DNA of 64,000 nucleotides from Macrostomum lignano (Eukaryota): NCBI GenBank assembly GCA_002269645.1, contig NIVC01003285.1, positions 1 to 64,000 of the forward strand, read 5' to 3'. Shown piece by piece: positions 43,491 to 62,106 of this stretch (position 1 is its first letter; each line of letters starts with the position of its first letter). The notes under the pieces were generated by a model. It saw only the letters and a program-made list of their open reading frames with translations, ran no database searches and was not told where the DNA came from. The position numbers and the translations under genes were made by a program.

Positions 43491-46460
43491 CACGCCTATG
43501 CAGAAGCTGAAAAATGGGGAAAGAAAATTCCCTAAGAAACTGATGCTTTTCCCAGCCCCAATGACCTATGCAGATTTTAAAAACAGTGTCAGACAAATCT
43601 AATCGCCTTGTCCAAAAATAATAGAATGGAAAATTGAAATTATGTGTTCTCAGCTGCATGTTCAGTATTAGATTCGTCAGTTGCGCCATTGCAAGTAGTG
43701 AAAACAATTGCGTAACAAGAGCAGGCATCAATTGCAAAGTTTAGAGCATAAATTTAAGGGCGTCATAAAATGCTGTACATTATTAGATAGAAATTTTGGC
43801 AGACAACTCAAATGTACATATTTATTGAGATCTATTGTGATTAAGGGATTGAGAAACAATGAACAGACTATGTACATTCATAAAGTAGAACATGCCTCTT
43901 ATCACAAGTTTGCTAACACGCAGACTTCCTTTGAAAATAAAGTTGCAGTCAATTGAAACAATTACCCTCAGTACTCAAATCAGTTCTCTGGCCTCGCGAT
44001 GCCAAACTTTCGACGCACACATGAAGAGAATCGTATCTGGTGCTGCATCCTCTGCTTCCGCAAAGCCGATCGCGTTATTTCAGCTGCTCAGGCAGAACTC
44101 ATCGAGCAATTTATCCTGCCAGAATTCTGTCATGCCTACATCCGTAATACTCTGCCAGGAGGCATGTGCAGCTGCTGCAGCAAGAAATTGCAGTCACAGA
44201 CGTCACCTGTACCGCAAGAACTGCCTGCTCGACTGCCATACCTTCAAATTGTTGCAGATTTGGAGGTTTTGCCACAACTCACACGTGAGCATCCGCACTG
44301 CTCCTGCTGTATCTGCCAGGTAGTTTCCAGCCCATCAAACAAGCGGGTGGCGGTCTGGCACCCATACATGTCTGACAGCAGCCGGGCCAACCATAAATTG
44401 CCCCAAGGACGACCTGCAGAAACAACTCGAAGCCAGGACAGAGACTCGGAGAAGCGCTGCACTAGGTGCCACTCACTTGTGGGCAAAGGCCTAAGGCACG
44501 AGTGCAGCGTCTCCAGCAAGTTGCAGTACCTGCGCACGCTCAGCCCTACATCAAAAGAGCACATCGCTCATGACGTGATGCGTGAAAAGCTAAGAGCAGC
44601 AGCAGCATCAGGACATGGATCAACGGCTTCTATTTCCAGCGCCACCGGTGGCCCACCAATGCAGCTGAGGCATGCAAGTGATTCAAATGAGCAGAGAGCG
44701 CTGAGGACCGAGACACTAGTAACGTTAAAGACATCTCTCAATCTGAGTGACCGGCAGACAAACATGGCAGCCACAATTATCAGGCAGGCGGAGGGCAGTC
44801 GTAAGGCCGTGCAACCCGGACTGCGGGCAGCTCTGGCAGCCGCAGGCAGCATCGCGGAGAGTTTTTTTGAGATGCGGCAGCTCAAATTCACTCAAAAGTC
44901 CTCAGGTGGCAGCTTTACTGATACCACAAGATGTTCCGTCATATGCCCCGATCTGCAGGGCCTGCTGAGCTTCATTTGCTCAAAGCGAGGATTTAGTGAG
45001 TTCGATGTGAGATTGAAGCTGGGGATGGACGGAGGTGGTGGCTCGCTAAAAATCTGCCTTAGTGTCGCCCCAGTACTGCCTACCGAACCACAGGCAGAGT
45101 CCACACCTAAGAAGCTGAGCAGGGAGTCGCGAATAAGCAACTTTGGCGTAAAAAAACTGTTTATCATCGCGATTGCTGAGGATGTCCAGGAGAACTATGC
45201 AAATGTGCGAGCACTTCTAGATGAGCTAGACTTGACATCGATTAAGTTCACAGTCGCTTGCGACTTCAAGCTAGCCAACATCCTGTGTGGCCTTCAAAGT
45301 CATGCCGCAGCTCATCCTTGTCTCTACTGTGAGGGGCAGGCGCCGTGGCAAGTTGCCGGTTCCATAAGAACCCTTGGATCCATTCGTCGGATGGCCACGG
45401 CATTCGAGGCTGCTGGTAGCTGCCAGCGACTGGCAAGAAACTACGCAAGCTGTGTCAGACAGCCTCTTCTCCCTGGGGCTGATTCTACGCCAATGCTGGA
45501 CCTCGTGCCACCACCAGAGCTGCACATCATGCTTGGTGTGACCAACAAACTGCTCGATCAGCTGAACTCAGCTTGGGGCGACGACAAGGCATACAAGTGG
45601 GCGCATTCAGCTGGAATCTGTCGCGAGCAGTACCACGGCGGGTGTCTGGAAGGCCCTGCGTGTGTCAGATTGCTGCTTAAAGCTCAAGAGCTCAAGAGCA
45701 ACCTGCCATCAAGGCTCCAGGGCTATGCGTCTGCTCTCATGGCATTCGATGCTGTTCGCCAAGCATGCTTTGGGCAACAGCTGATGAGCGACTTTTGCCA
45801 GAAGATTGCCCAGCTGGAATCCTGCTGCGCTGAACTGAAGCTGGTGCCGACACCTAAGATGCACGCCCTTTTCCACCATGTTCCGGAGTTCTGCGAGCGA
45901 TTCAACTCAGGCCTTGGGACCTTCAGTGAGCAGGCAGTCGAGTCTGCACACAGCGACTTTCGTTCGACGTGGCAGCGGTTTCGCAGGCCTCTGGGGCATG
46001 TGCAGTATGCAGAATGCCTGCTGCGCGCAGTTGTTAGCTACAATTCCAGCCATATTTGATGTCAAGCATTTTCATGCCTGCAAAGATTTCTAGGATTTAG
46101 CTTGTGTACTTAATATCCATGCACACTTTATTCCATACGGACATTAGCAATAATAAGTGCATGGTTCTCATTTTATAATATTAATACTAATACAGTTGCA
46201 CGTTCCTTTAATGATTAAAATTAATATTAAAACTACGAACTTATATTAACATTAATATTATCGATGGGTTTCGCCTTAAATACCTATCATATTACATGTA
46301 ATTTGCATATAATATAAAAAATTCATATTACCATTTTTGACAAGGCGATTAGATTTGTCTGACACTGTTTTTGAAATCTGCATAGGTCATTGGGGCTGGG
46401 AAAAGCATCAGTTTCTTTGGGAATTTTCTTTCCCCATTTTTCAGCTTCTGCATAGGCGTG
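43491..46460 (+). mobile_element. Full-length Chapaev (CMC superfamily) DNA transposon
   Basis: 122-bp near-perfect TIRs (43491-43612, 46339-46460), CAC...GTG termini and a 4-bp TSD TGTT. Confidence 0.88.
43999..46059 (+). CDS. Chapaev-type DDE transposase, 686 aa, uninterrupted
   Basis: N-terminal H-x7-C-x2-C-x33-P-x3-C-x2-C zinc finger; KLGMDGGGGSLK, ACDFKLANILCGLQ..HPCLYC, PPELHIMLG, KMHALFHH, SEQAVESAH. Confidence 0.9.
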   Translation: MPNFRRTHEENRIWCCILCFRKADRVISAAQAELIEQFILPEFCHAYIRNTLPGGMCSCCSKKLQSQTSPVPQELPARLPYLQIVADLEVLPQLTREHPHCSCCICQVVSSPSNKRVAVWHPYMSDSSRANHKLPQGRPAETTRSQDRDSEKRCTRCHSLVGKGLRHECSVSSKLQYLRTLSPTSKEHIAHDVMREKLRAAAASGHGSTASISSATGGPPMQLRHASDSNEQRALRTETLVTLKTSLNLSDRQTNMAATIIRQAEGSRKAVQPGLRAALAAAGSIAESFFEMRQLKFTQKSSGGSFTDTTRCSVICPDLQGLLSFICSKRGFSEFDVRLKLGMDGGGGSLKICLSVAPVLPTEPQAESTPKKLSRESRISNFGVKKLFIIAIAEDVQENYANVRALLDELDLTSIKFTVACDFKLANILCGLQSHAAAHPCLYCEGQAPWQVAGSIRTLGSIRRMATAFEAAGSCQRLARNYASCVRQPLLPGADSTPMLDLVPPPELHIMLGVTNKLLDQLNSAWGDDKAYKWAHSAGICREQYHGGCLEGPACVRLLLKAQELKSNLPSRLQGYASALMAFDAVRQACFGQQLMSDFCQKIAQLESCCAELKLVPTPKMHALFHHVPEFCERFNSGLGTFSEQAVESAHSDFRSTWQRFRRPLGHVQYAECLLRAVVSYNSSHI

Positions 46461-48857
46461 TGTTCCTTTGCCAGTGCAGATTTCCGCATTGAACACATGT
46501 CCATGTCATCCTGAATCTTTGGATTCCCAGCCGATGTCAGCAGGAACAGCTTGGCACCATTGCGATCGGGCTTCTCCTTCAGAAAGACCGTGAAGTCACA
46601 GTCCACACGCCAGTAGACAACCAGAGTTTCGTCGACGCAGAGGTACGGCCCGGAAAGAGCAGGATGGCGCAGCTGATCTACAGGCGTCGGATGCCGTAGA
46701 GCTTGTCCGTTGCGGCAGTCCGCTGACGATGTTCGGCAGTTTCGAATTTAACATGGTGCAAAAGCACTGTATAATATGCAGACATGCCTGGTTTGGTGCC
46801 TTGATAGAAAAATCACGATGTTGGGGGTGCCAGCTCGTCAGGGCCGCGTGGTGCCATAACGTTGAAGGTCTTGAAGGTCGCCTGTAGGTCTACAGGTCAG
46901 CCTAGAGGGTCGCCATCGTCCATTTCATTCACCGATTGTGTCTACTGACTGAATGCTGCATACAGAAGCGGATTCTTCCATTTCAGTTTTGGGAACGCAG
47001 CCATCTCTGAGATACCGATCGGGTGCTTTTGTTGAAGGTCCCGACGGTCGCCGCCGATGCTCCAGACGGTGATGAAGGGGACCCTGTTGCCTGGGATGCT
47101 GAGAGTAAAAGTCCCTACGACTGATATGCATAGTTTGTTGAGCCGACGTGGTTTCATGATGAGATTTTGTGAGCAGAAAAAATTTGCCAATGTTGGTGGT
47201 TTTTGCCACCAGACACCCCGAGGAGAATCGTTGAATATCTCGACGATGCCGATTTTTCGTGATTCTCAAAGTTGCTTCATCGAATAAAGCGGAAATTTTT
47301 AGCCAGTGTTCTGGATTTTCATGGCAATCAGTTGAATATTTTTGGAGAGCCAGACAAAGTGAAATATGTGTATTTGAAATACACCCCCATGGTCTTTCTA
47401 CTGTTAAGCCATGACTTAACGTCAACCCCGGCCTATCCTCCCTTCGATGCTTGGCCTAAAAAATTCCCTCATGAGCCTTGACATCTCAGCAATTCCCGGC
47501 CCTATGACCACAACACTTCAGCGCCAATCCCCGGTGAGTCTCAATCATCCCAGAAACTCCCCACACGAGCGTTGACATTAGCAATTCCTCCTGTGAGCCA
47601 TGCACAGAATTTCAGCAATCCCCTCATGAGCCGTAGCATTTCAGCAACTCCCCGTGAGCATTGAACTTTCAGCAATTCCTTCATGAGCTCGTACTCTCGG
47701 TTAAATTTACTTCCACTACATATCGGACGCGACGCTATAGGAATTTTATATATTTGCTTCCAACACAGTACGTAGATGTTTATACTCGTAACAGCTTGTG
47801 CAAGGAAAGATCACCGCGGACTACTTACGATCTAAATAGAAGGACGCACAAAGCATACAAATTTTATTGGAGACTGATTATTCAATTTGATGTAGCCCGG
47901 GCTCCAGAAACTCGTCGAAATGTAGTTTGTCTACATGTAATTTAGGGTAAACGACTCTTATATAGTAGTCTGTGGGAAAGTTGCGAATAAAAATATTTCG
48001 CACACGCAAAAAAACCAGTAAAATATCCAAATATGATGCACACAGAAATCTGCAGACTGCAGCATGGGACGAGGAGATAAAAAGTAGCTTTTCAACTCTT
48101 CAAGGTCTTCTACGTCTTCAAGATAAAACTGGTTCGCCCATGCGCTGTGGATTCACGCTAAAAGCCTTCTCCATGTCTGCACGACCTAAAAAGGAAATGA
48201 TTGACAAATTTGGACCGGAACAGAAACTGTTTTACAACTAAATTATTCAACAAGTGTTTGCCCTTGTCATTTTCTCCTTGTTAAGATCGGTGGCTCATCT
48301 TCTAACTGCCAACCAAGAAGAAAGCAAAAAGTCATCAAAAGACTAAATTTTAGTTTTTGAATGGGTCCAAATGAACAATAATGATAAAATGATAATTTGA
48401 TAAAATGAAATTTTAACAAAGGCAAGGCACTCATTTTAATTTGAATCATTTTAATTTGTGCTGCAAACGAGCATAATGAAACCACGAAGAACCTACGGTC
48501 AATTTCTGGCATAAAAGTTCCCGGTGTACTGGCTGCCATTACGGCGGGGAGTTTGCTTGAAGTTTGAAGTCGTGCTTATTCTTGTCCTAGCAAACATCGC
48601 AAAGAGCGTCTTTCCCGTTTTAACAATCGAGCCAGCATGAATTATTGAAGATGCAAGCATCGACTCGGCTCGCTGTCAAAAGATCCAGTCGAGAAGCTGT
48701 TGAGCAACGCAGCGCACTCAAGCTCGGCTGTATAAATGCGCCGGTCCAGTCCGAGAACCCGGAGTCCTCGCAGAGAACATTTTTTGCAGAACAAGCTGCT
48801 GCAGACACAGAGAGTCGGTCTCAATTCCAAACCACTGAAGCCCGTAGAAGCTGCAAC

Positions 48858-49558
48858 ATGATCTCAGGCCCCCTACTGCTGCTCCAAGTGATGCTGGCGG
48901 CATTCGCTATTCAGGAAACCATGGTAAGCATCTGGTTCTGCATCAGTGGCAATTTAAAATGGCCAATTGCAGCTTCACTTGAATGGCCCCTCTGTTGTAC
49001 AAATTGCAGGCGAGCCCGTCGCATTCCGCCCTAGACAGAAGAGAGTACCTGCTGCAGTCGCTGATTCAGTCCTTCATCGATCAGGAAGTGCACTACGATG
49101 GCCAGCGCAAACGGGCCGCAGCCTTGGAGCGCCTGGTGAACCTTGATGTGCTGCCGGACGGCCGGCGCAAGAGAGGCGGCAGCATCAGCGAGCTGGAACG
49201 GCTCCTGAAGATAATGGAGGTGGAATCGCGCGGCAACAGCCCCATCCGCCGGGCGGCCTATTTCCCGCCCAACCTGCCGCTGGATCTGGACGTCCTGCCA
49301 GACGGCCGACGCAAGCGAGACATGCCCGATTGGACCCGAATCATCGGCATGAACACCAACTACGACGGACGTCGCAGGAAGCGATCCAACTACAAGAAGA
49401 GCCTGGCCGTCTACAGCAACCTGCGCCCCCTGATCGCGCCCGACATCATCCACATGGGCAAGCGCCACACTGACACGGTTGGCGGCGGCCACCGGCGCAA
49501 GCGACTGCTGGACACTCTGGTCAGGGCGCGGCCGATTTTCGATGGCAAGCGAGGCTGA
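48858..49558 (+). CDS. Multi-peptide neuropeptide/prohormone precursor, 204 aa, 2 exons
   Basis: Signal-peptide exon 48858-48923 (MISGPLLLLQVMLAAFAIQETM|GTAAG) and exon 49010-49558 with repeated D-G-(R/Q)RKR/GKR amidation and cleavage sites. AATAAA at 49609-49614. Confidence 0.88.
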
Positions 49559-49934
49559 GCAACAGCTGCATGCCTCATCAAATCAACAAAATTTGAATGC
49601 CGAACCCCAATAAAAGACAGATGACAAATAAGTAGCTTTCATAGCAACGAGAGCGCAGTTTGAGCTCGAAAAATACACGGGTAACACGGATCTCATTTTT
49701 TTGAAGAGATCTACTATGCGGAATGCTTCTTCTGGCTAAGAAATGTTAAAATTGTCACCGAACCAGTCGCTCTGCAACGCGCCAGCTGGCAAGTTAAAAG
49801 CCCAATCTGAAAAGCTGAATTCATGAAAGCTCGTATAAAGTAAGGACCATGCGAGATAACCGAATGACTGAACACTACGAATAATCTGTTTCGAATGATT
49901 AAATCTTGATTTTAAACCAAATTTCGATTGCTAA

Positions 49935-50420
49935 TACCAAATCCCTATGATCCCAAACAACCGAATCCCGATTATCCCAAATACCGAATCCCGATTATCC
50001 CAAATACCGAATCCCGATGATCCCAAATAACCGAATCCCCATGATCCCAAATAACCGAATCCCGATTATCCCAAATACCGAATCCCCATGATCCCAAATA
50101 ACCGAATCCCGATTATCCCAAATACCGAATCCCGATTATCCCAAATACCGAATCCCCATGATCCCAAATAACCGAATCCCGATTATCCCAAATACCGAAT
50201 CCCGATGATCCCAAATAACCGAATCCCGATGATCCCCAATACCGAATCCCGATGATCCCAAATAACCGAATCCCGATGATCCCCAATACCGAATCCCGAT
50301 GATCCCAAATAACCGAATCCCGATGATCCCAAACACCGAATCCCGATGATCCCAAATAACCGAATCCCGATGATCCCAAATACCGAATCCCGATGATCCC
50401 AAATACCGAATCCCTATGAT
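49935..50420. repeat. 22/23-bp minisatellite (CCGAATCCCGATGATCCCAAATA)
   Basis: Visible tandem units. Confidence 0.93.
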
Positions 50421-51014
50421 CTCATGTCACGCAATGCAGATTTTAAGTATTTTATCATATCAATATCAACCAGTATTTACCTCAAAAAATTGTAAACTAT
50501 TACTAATGAAAATAACTAACACAGTGCAAACCAATAATTAAATTTGAACACGAAAGCAAAGGCAAAAAGCAAAACCCAACTGCACGTTTAGAAAGCGAAA
50601 AAGAAATTCACTAATTTATTAATAAAGAAGCGTTAATGGAATTATTAATGTATAAATCTTAAATCTTAAATTTCGTCTAGCACTCAGTTTGGCATGCACA
50701 AATTTAATATTACTCTTGTAAACTGACGCAACTTGAAAAGCAACAAAATCTGTCAATTAAATTCGTACTGAACAAAAAATCATTCAAAACGGATAAAGAA
50801 GCTACAGGCAACAAGAGAACGGCAAAGATGAATGAGCAAGTCGCGGATGGTGAAGGAATCACAGAGATTAGACGGTTGGAAATTTTTGCACAATTAATTC
50901 TGTTTAGTGCGAGTTACCTTAAAAACTTTTCACTGGACCTTTTGATGGGAATGTTGTACCGCTTGATGATGATAAAGCAATTGTGAAAAAATGAGCACGT
51001 TCAGTCGAAGGGGA

Positions 51015-51660
51015 TAGTTTGCATTCTAAGGGGATAATGTGCATTCTGAAGGGATAATGTGCATTCTGAAGGGATAATGTGAATTCTGAAAGGATAATGT
51101 GCATTTTGAGGGAATAATGTGCATTCTGAAGGTATAATGTGCATTCTGAGAGGATAATGTGCATTCTGAATGTATAATGTGCATTCTGAAGGGAAAATGT
51201 GCATTCTGAAGGGACAATGTGCATTCTGAGAGGATAATGTGCATTCTGAAGGTATAATGTGCATTTTGAAAGGATAATGTGCATTCTGAGAGGATAATGT
51301 GCATTCTGAGAGGATAATGTGCATTCTGAGAGGATAATGTGCATTCTGAGAGGATAATGTGCATTCTGAGAGGATAATGTGCATTTTGAAAGGATAATGT
51401 GCATTCTGAGAGGATAATGTGCATTCTGAGAGGATAATGTGCATTCTGAGAGGATAATGTGCATTCTGAGAGGAAAATGTGCATTCTGAGAGGATAATGT
51501 GCATTCTGAGAGGATAATGTGCATTCTGAGAGGAAAATGTGCATTCTGAGAGGATAATGTGCATTCTGAGAGGATAATGTGCATTCTGAGAGGAAAATGT
51601 GCATTCTGAGTGGATAATGTGCATTCTAAGGGAATAATGTGCATTCTAAGGGAACAATGT
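51015..51660. repeat. 20-bp minisatellite (GAGGATAATGTGCATTCTGA)
   Basis: About 32 units. Confidence 0.95.
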
Positions 51661-52559
51661 AGGAATATAACGTGCAGTCAATGGTGCACGCAGATTGGAT
51701 GAGGACAATGTATACTCAATAGGGACAATAAGCACTAAATGAGGACAATGCGCATTCGATGGAGGGCGAATCTGCACTCTGCAGTAGGCTTACAGAAAAA
51801 TATTTCCACTAAAGCCAAAACAAACGGCCATTGGCCAACCAGTTAGAAACCATTGGCACAGAAAGAAACACATGGATTCCAAATAAAATCTCTGATAGCA
51901 CTTAGAAAAGAAATGTTAACGGAAGAAAGAAGCGCAGGTTTCTATAGGACTTTCAATATTGAGCCAGAGATAGTGAGAAATAAGCGGAGAGCATTGAGTA
52001 TCGATTTTTAGCCTCTGATGGTCGGCAGTGAGGCGGTCAGGGCAGCCGAGTTGAAGAATTCGCATTAGACTAAACATAATGCACAGGTCTGACAGATGGT
52101 CAGCATTATTTCTAAATAAATAAATAGGAACATGTTGCAAACTGTGCTACTGTCAGTAGGCAAATTAACAAAGAGTAACAATAATAGAAAAATGCGCGCA
52201 AAATATAACCGAAAACAGGCCGGCGCGAACTGGTGATTTCTTGGAAAAGGCCAACAAAACAGCTCTGCGAATAATGGACAGACAGGCAGGAAGACAAACG
52301 TATTAGATTGGAAGAATAAACAACTTTTTTTTAAAAAGGAAAAGCAAAGCCAATTCACCTGCTGCAAGAAAGTTGGCGGTTAACTATCATACAATAAGCA
52401 TGGCTTATAAAAAAACATTATTTTCTAATAACACTTTTTTCACTGCAAATTTTTAAAACAGCCTCAACGGAACCAGAAGACTTCCTTAGCAATAGTTCAG
52501 AGGGACTTGAGAGACGCAACACTGAAGGACCTAAGATATGTATGGGCATAGGTGGCTCA

Positions 52560-53032
52560 TTGAGGACCTCGGAAGGGGGAAGAGGGAAGCAGCGGCCCAT
52601 TGAAGGACCTCGGAAGGAGGAAGAGGGAAGCAGCGGCCCATTGAAGGACCTGGGAAGGCAGAAGAGGGAAGCAGCGGCCCATTGAAGGACCTGGAAAGGA
52701 GGAAGAGGGAAGCAGCGGCCCATTGAAGGACCTCGGAAGGAGGAAGAGGGAAGCAGCGGCCCATTGAAGGACCTGAGAAGGGGGAAGAGGGAAGCAGCGG
52801 CCCATTGAAGGACCTGGGAAGGGGGAAGAGGGAAGCAGAGGCTCATTGAAGGACCTGGGAAGGGCGAAGAGGGAAGCAGCGGCCCATTGAAGGACCTGGG
52901 AAGGGGGAAGAGGGAAGCAGAGGCCCATTGAAGGACCTGGGAAGGGGAAGAGGGAAGCAGAGGCTCATTGAAGGACCTGGGAAGGGGGAAGAGGGAAGCA
53001 GCGGCCCACTGAAGGACCTGGGAAGGGGAAGC
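52560..53032. repeat. 39/40-bp minisatellite (GGAAGAGGGAAGCAGCGGCCCATTGAAGGACCT...)
   Basis: About 12 units. Confidence 0.93.
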
Positions 53033-53125
53033 CAGTTTAGGACAAGAAAATGGTCACGCCGAATAAAAACGCAGGCAGCACAAGAGCTGGAATATAGGAT
53101 GATAAAACGAGAGACCAGGCAGTGT

Positions 53126-59751
<6,626 letters not shown>

Positions 59752-59809
59752 CTGCGGGGGCGGGGTGGTCATACGGCACAGGTGCCTTTCATTTGGGATC
59801 CGCAGTTGT

Positions 59810-60075
59810 TTTAAAGTGTGCAGTATCTCTATATGATGTGCAGCATCTCTATAGTGTGCAGTATCTCAATAGTGTGCAGTATCTCTATAGGGTGTGCAGT
59901 ATCTCTATAGGGTGTGCAGTATCTCTATGGAGTGTGCAGTATCTCTATAGAGTGTGCAGTATCTCTATAGAGTGTGCAGTATCTCTATAGAGTGTGCAGT
60001 ATCTCTATAGGGTGTCCAGATCTCTATAGAGTCTGCAGTATCTCTATAGAGTCTGCAGTATCTCTATAGTGTGCA
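59810..60075. repeat. About 20-bp minisatellite (GTGTGCAGTATCTCTATAGA)
   Basis: Visible tandem units. Confidence 0.9.
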
Positions 60076-60723
60076 GCATTCCTATAGAGAGTACAGCATC
60101 GTTATAAGGTGTACAGTCTTCCCCGGCAGTGAATAATTGATAAATGCAAGCTGTTTAAATCAAAGATAAAAAGTACTTTTAATAAACTCACGCCATAGCA
60201 AATTTGAGTCCGTTGACAGTTTGCACTGAAAAATATGCTGATTGGCCGAATCTCGACTACAAAGACAATCTCTTGCTGCACTCTGCCTCTCTCTCTTCTT
60301 TCTTGCTCGTAGATGTTGCAGAAAAAGCAGTAACTGATATTGTGTTGACAGCACAGACACACGGCGGCCGCGCAACAACTTGAAATCAAGTTGATTTATG
60401 ATTCAAAATTTAGAGCCTGAAAATGCAGTACCGTTTTGCAGTTACCGTCTAGAATTGCTTTATTATGTTTCCGCAAAAAATAATAACACTGGCTCTTGTC
60501 GCTACTTGCTAAGTAGGCAAGTTCAATCGATATGAATTGAATATTTCGATTCTTTCTCAACTTGATTAATTGCAAACTTATGAGAGTGCTTGAGTTTGCC
60601 ATGTTGGCATAATATGTTTTTCCCCTATCCAAAAATGTAGTTTGACTATGAAAAATTATTAAATAAACTTAGGAAACGAAAATACAAAAGAAACGAAAAT
60701 ACTACTTGTTCAAGTAAGTAGAG

Positions 60724-60906
60724 CAGGGGTCGGCAAACGCCGGCCCGCGAAGACTCTCTATCCTAATTATGTTTTGAAACTCCACAATAGCCACCCGACC
60801 CGCTTAAGATAATGTTTGTGTCTCTTCTCAGCTCTGTCCTCTTCTCTCATCTTCTATTCCCTATCTTTTTCTTTCTCAGCTGGCCCCTGAGTTTTGCCGG
60901 CCCCTG
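60724..60906. mobile_element. hAT-type MITE
   Basis: TIR CAGGGGTCGGCAAA / TTTGCCGGCCCCTG and a perfect 8-bp TSD AAGTAGAG (60716-60723, 60907-60914). Confidence 0.88.
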
Positions 60907-60972
60907 AAGTAGAGCATTTATTTAAACAATATCATAGACTGCACAATAGCATTAAATGCATTCACTAGCTAG

Positions 60973-62106
60973 TTAGAATCGATACTCAATAGTCTCCACG
61001 CCGCCAGTTGAGCACACCTGATAGTGCACGCTGGCATCGTCAACTATGGCAAACAGAAGGTCCACGCCGATGCCGGCCGAACCGCCAGCAGCCAGCAGCT
61101 GCAGAGCGCGCACCCCGACGGGGCAGGGCGGAGTTGAGTCAACGTCTACAACAGCCAGTCGATAGTCGGGCAGAGCCGCCCCGGCTGCCGTGCGTCGCCG
61201 CCGGTGCCCCGGCCGGAAGACGTCGAAATCAACGCGAGCGAGCTGGCCGCTGCAAACCGAGCATCGGCAATCTTCACCCGACTCTGAGCCAACTGGAATC
61301 TCTGGCAATGACATTCGTTGAAGAGCTTCGCGAGTTGTTAAACAAGCCAGGTCCTGCCAGGGCAGCAGCGGCCCGGGCAGCGACTCGCCCATAGGAAAAC
61401 TAGCCGACTGAAGCTCGCGAGCGATCGCTGGAACTACAATGGCCGAGCTTGCTGCCCGATATTCGGACCAAGAGGCGGCTCTGCTAGGATCAATTTCAGC
61501 AGCGGCACCGGTTGAGGAAGGCAGACCGGCGTCAATACGCCGTTTGGGCCGATTTGACAGATCAATAAAGAACTGGCGCGACTCAGCCACAGCTGAGGGT
61601 GGAGCCTGAGCTGCCGCTGTAGGCCCCCTGGGTGACGGCGAATGCCTGACCAGCCTGTAACCAGCTCGAACCAGTCTGGCATACGCTAACCAACGTTTAA
61701 ACTCTAAAGGCGACGTTAGAAAAGTCTGATAGGCCTGCTGTATGGACAGCGGCAATCCGCCAAATTCTACTAGCAATTTGCCCAGCTCCATCAGCACTAG
61801 CGCCTCCTCCGGGTGCAGCAGAGTGGCGCCATCTGTTTGGCGCCGCCAGCCAAACTGGCCAGAGAATTTGGCGCGGCCGGACACAAGCACTTGGCACTGA
61901 TTGGGCAGCCATTCGCCTTTGGCTAATTGATTTGGCGATGCGCTGCGCTCCTCTGTTAAGGTGAGCCGCCACCTGGCCATTGCCAAGTCAACTTCTGATT
62001 TGCTACTGTCAGAGTTGGCGTCGCGCCAATGCCGTTTGAGTCCGCCAGTCTCTGGCAGGCTGCTGGACTTTGGCTGGCGGGCCAGCAGATCGCGGCCAAC
62101 TAGCAT
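60973..62106 (-). CDS. TSEN54: tRNA-splicing endonuclease subunit Sen54
   Basis: LLHPEEALVLMELGKLLVEFGGLPLSIQQAYQ...YARLVRAGYRLVRH (Sen54 N-terminal domain) and C-terminal FDVF...PDYRLAV. Single exon. Confidence 0.85.
   Translation of the reverse strand: MLVGRDLLARQPKSSSLPETGGLKRHWRDANSDSSKSEVDLAMARWRLTLTEERSASPNQLAKGEWLPNQCQVLVSGRAKFSGQFGWRRQTDGATLLHPEEALVLMELGKLLVEFGGLPLSIQQAYQTFLTSPLEFKRWLAYARLVRAGYRLVRHSPSPRGPTAAAQAPPSAVAESRQFFIDLSNRPKRRIDAGLPSSTGAAAEIDPSRAASWSEYRAASSAIVVPAIARELQSASFPMGESLPGPLLPWQDLACLTTREALQRMSLPEIPVGSESGEDCRCSVCSGQLARVDFDVFRPGHRRRRTAAGAALPDYRLAVVDVDSTPPCPVGVRALQLLAAGGSAGIGVDLLFAIVDDASVHYQVCSTGGVETIEYRF

Larger units (their letters stand above)
41535..47403 (-). mobile_element. 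Degenerate piggyBac-like transposon with TTAA flanks and ~670-bp imperfect inverted ends
   Basis: TTAA|CAGTAGAAAGACC...GGTCTTTCTACTG|TTAA. Minus-strand fragments: LCVDETLVVYWRVDCDFTVFLKEKPDRNGAKLFLL (about 46660-46540), GFTFLGTV...KPVAIGTYYNST*SGTDTCNR (43380-43080) and a C-terminal Cys-rich domain RCATC...CRRH...CAHC (about 42800-42600). Confidence 0.82.

Noticed and set aside
50700-52550. Possible extra minus-strand exons between minisatellites (for example DLCIMFSLMRILQLGCPD...)
   Set aside because: They are short, with no recognisable homology and no consistent splice chain.
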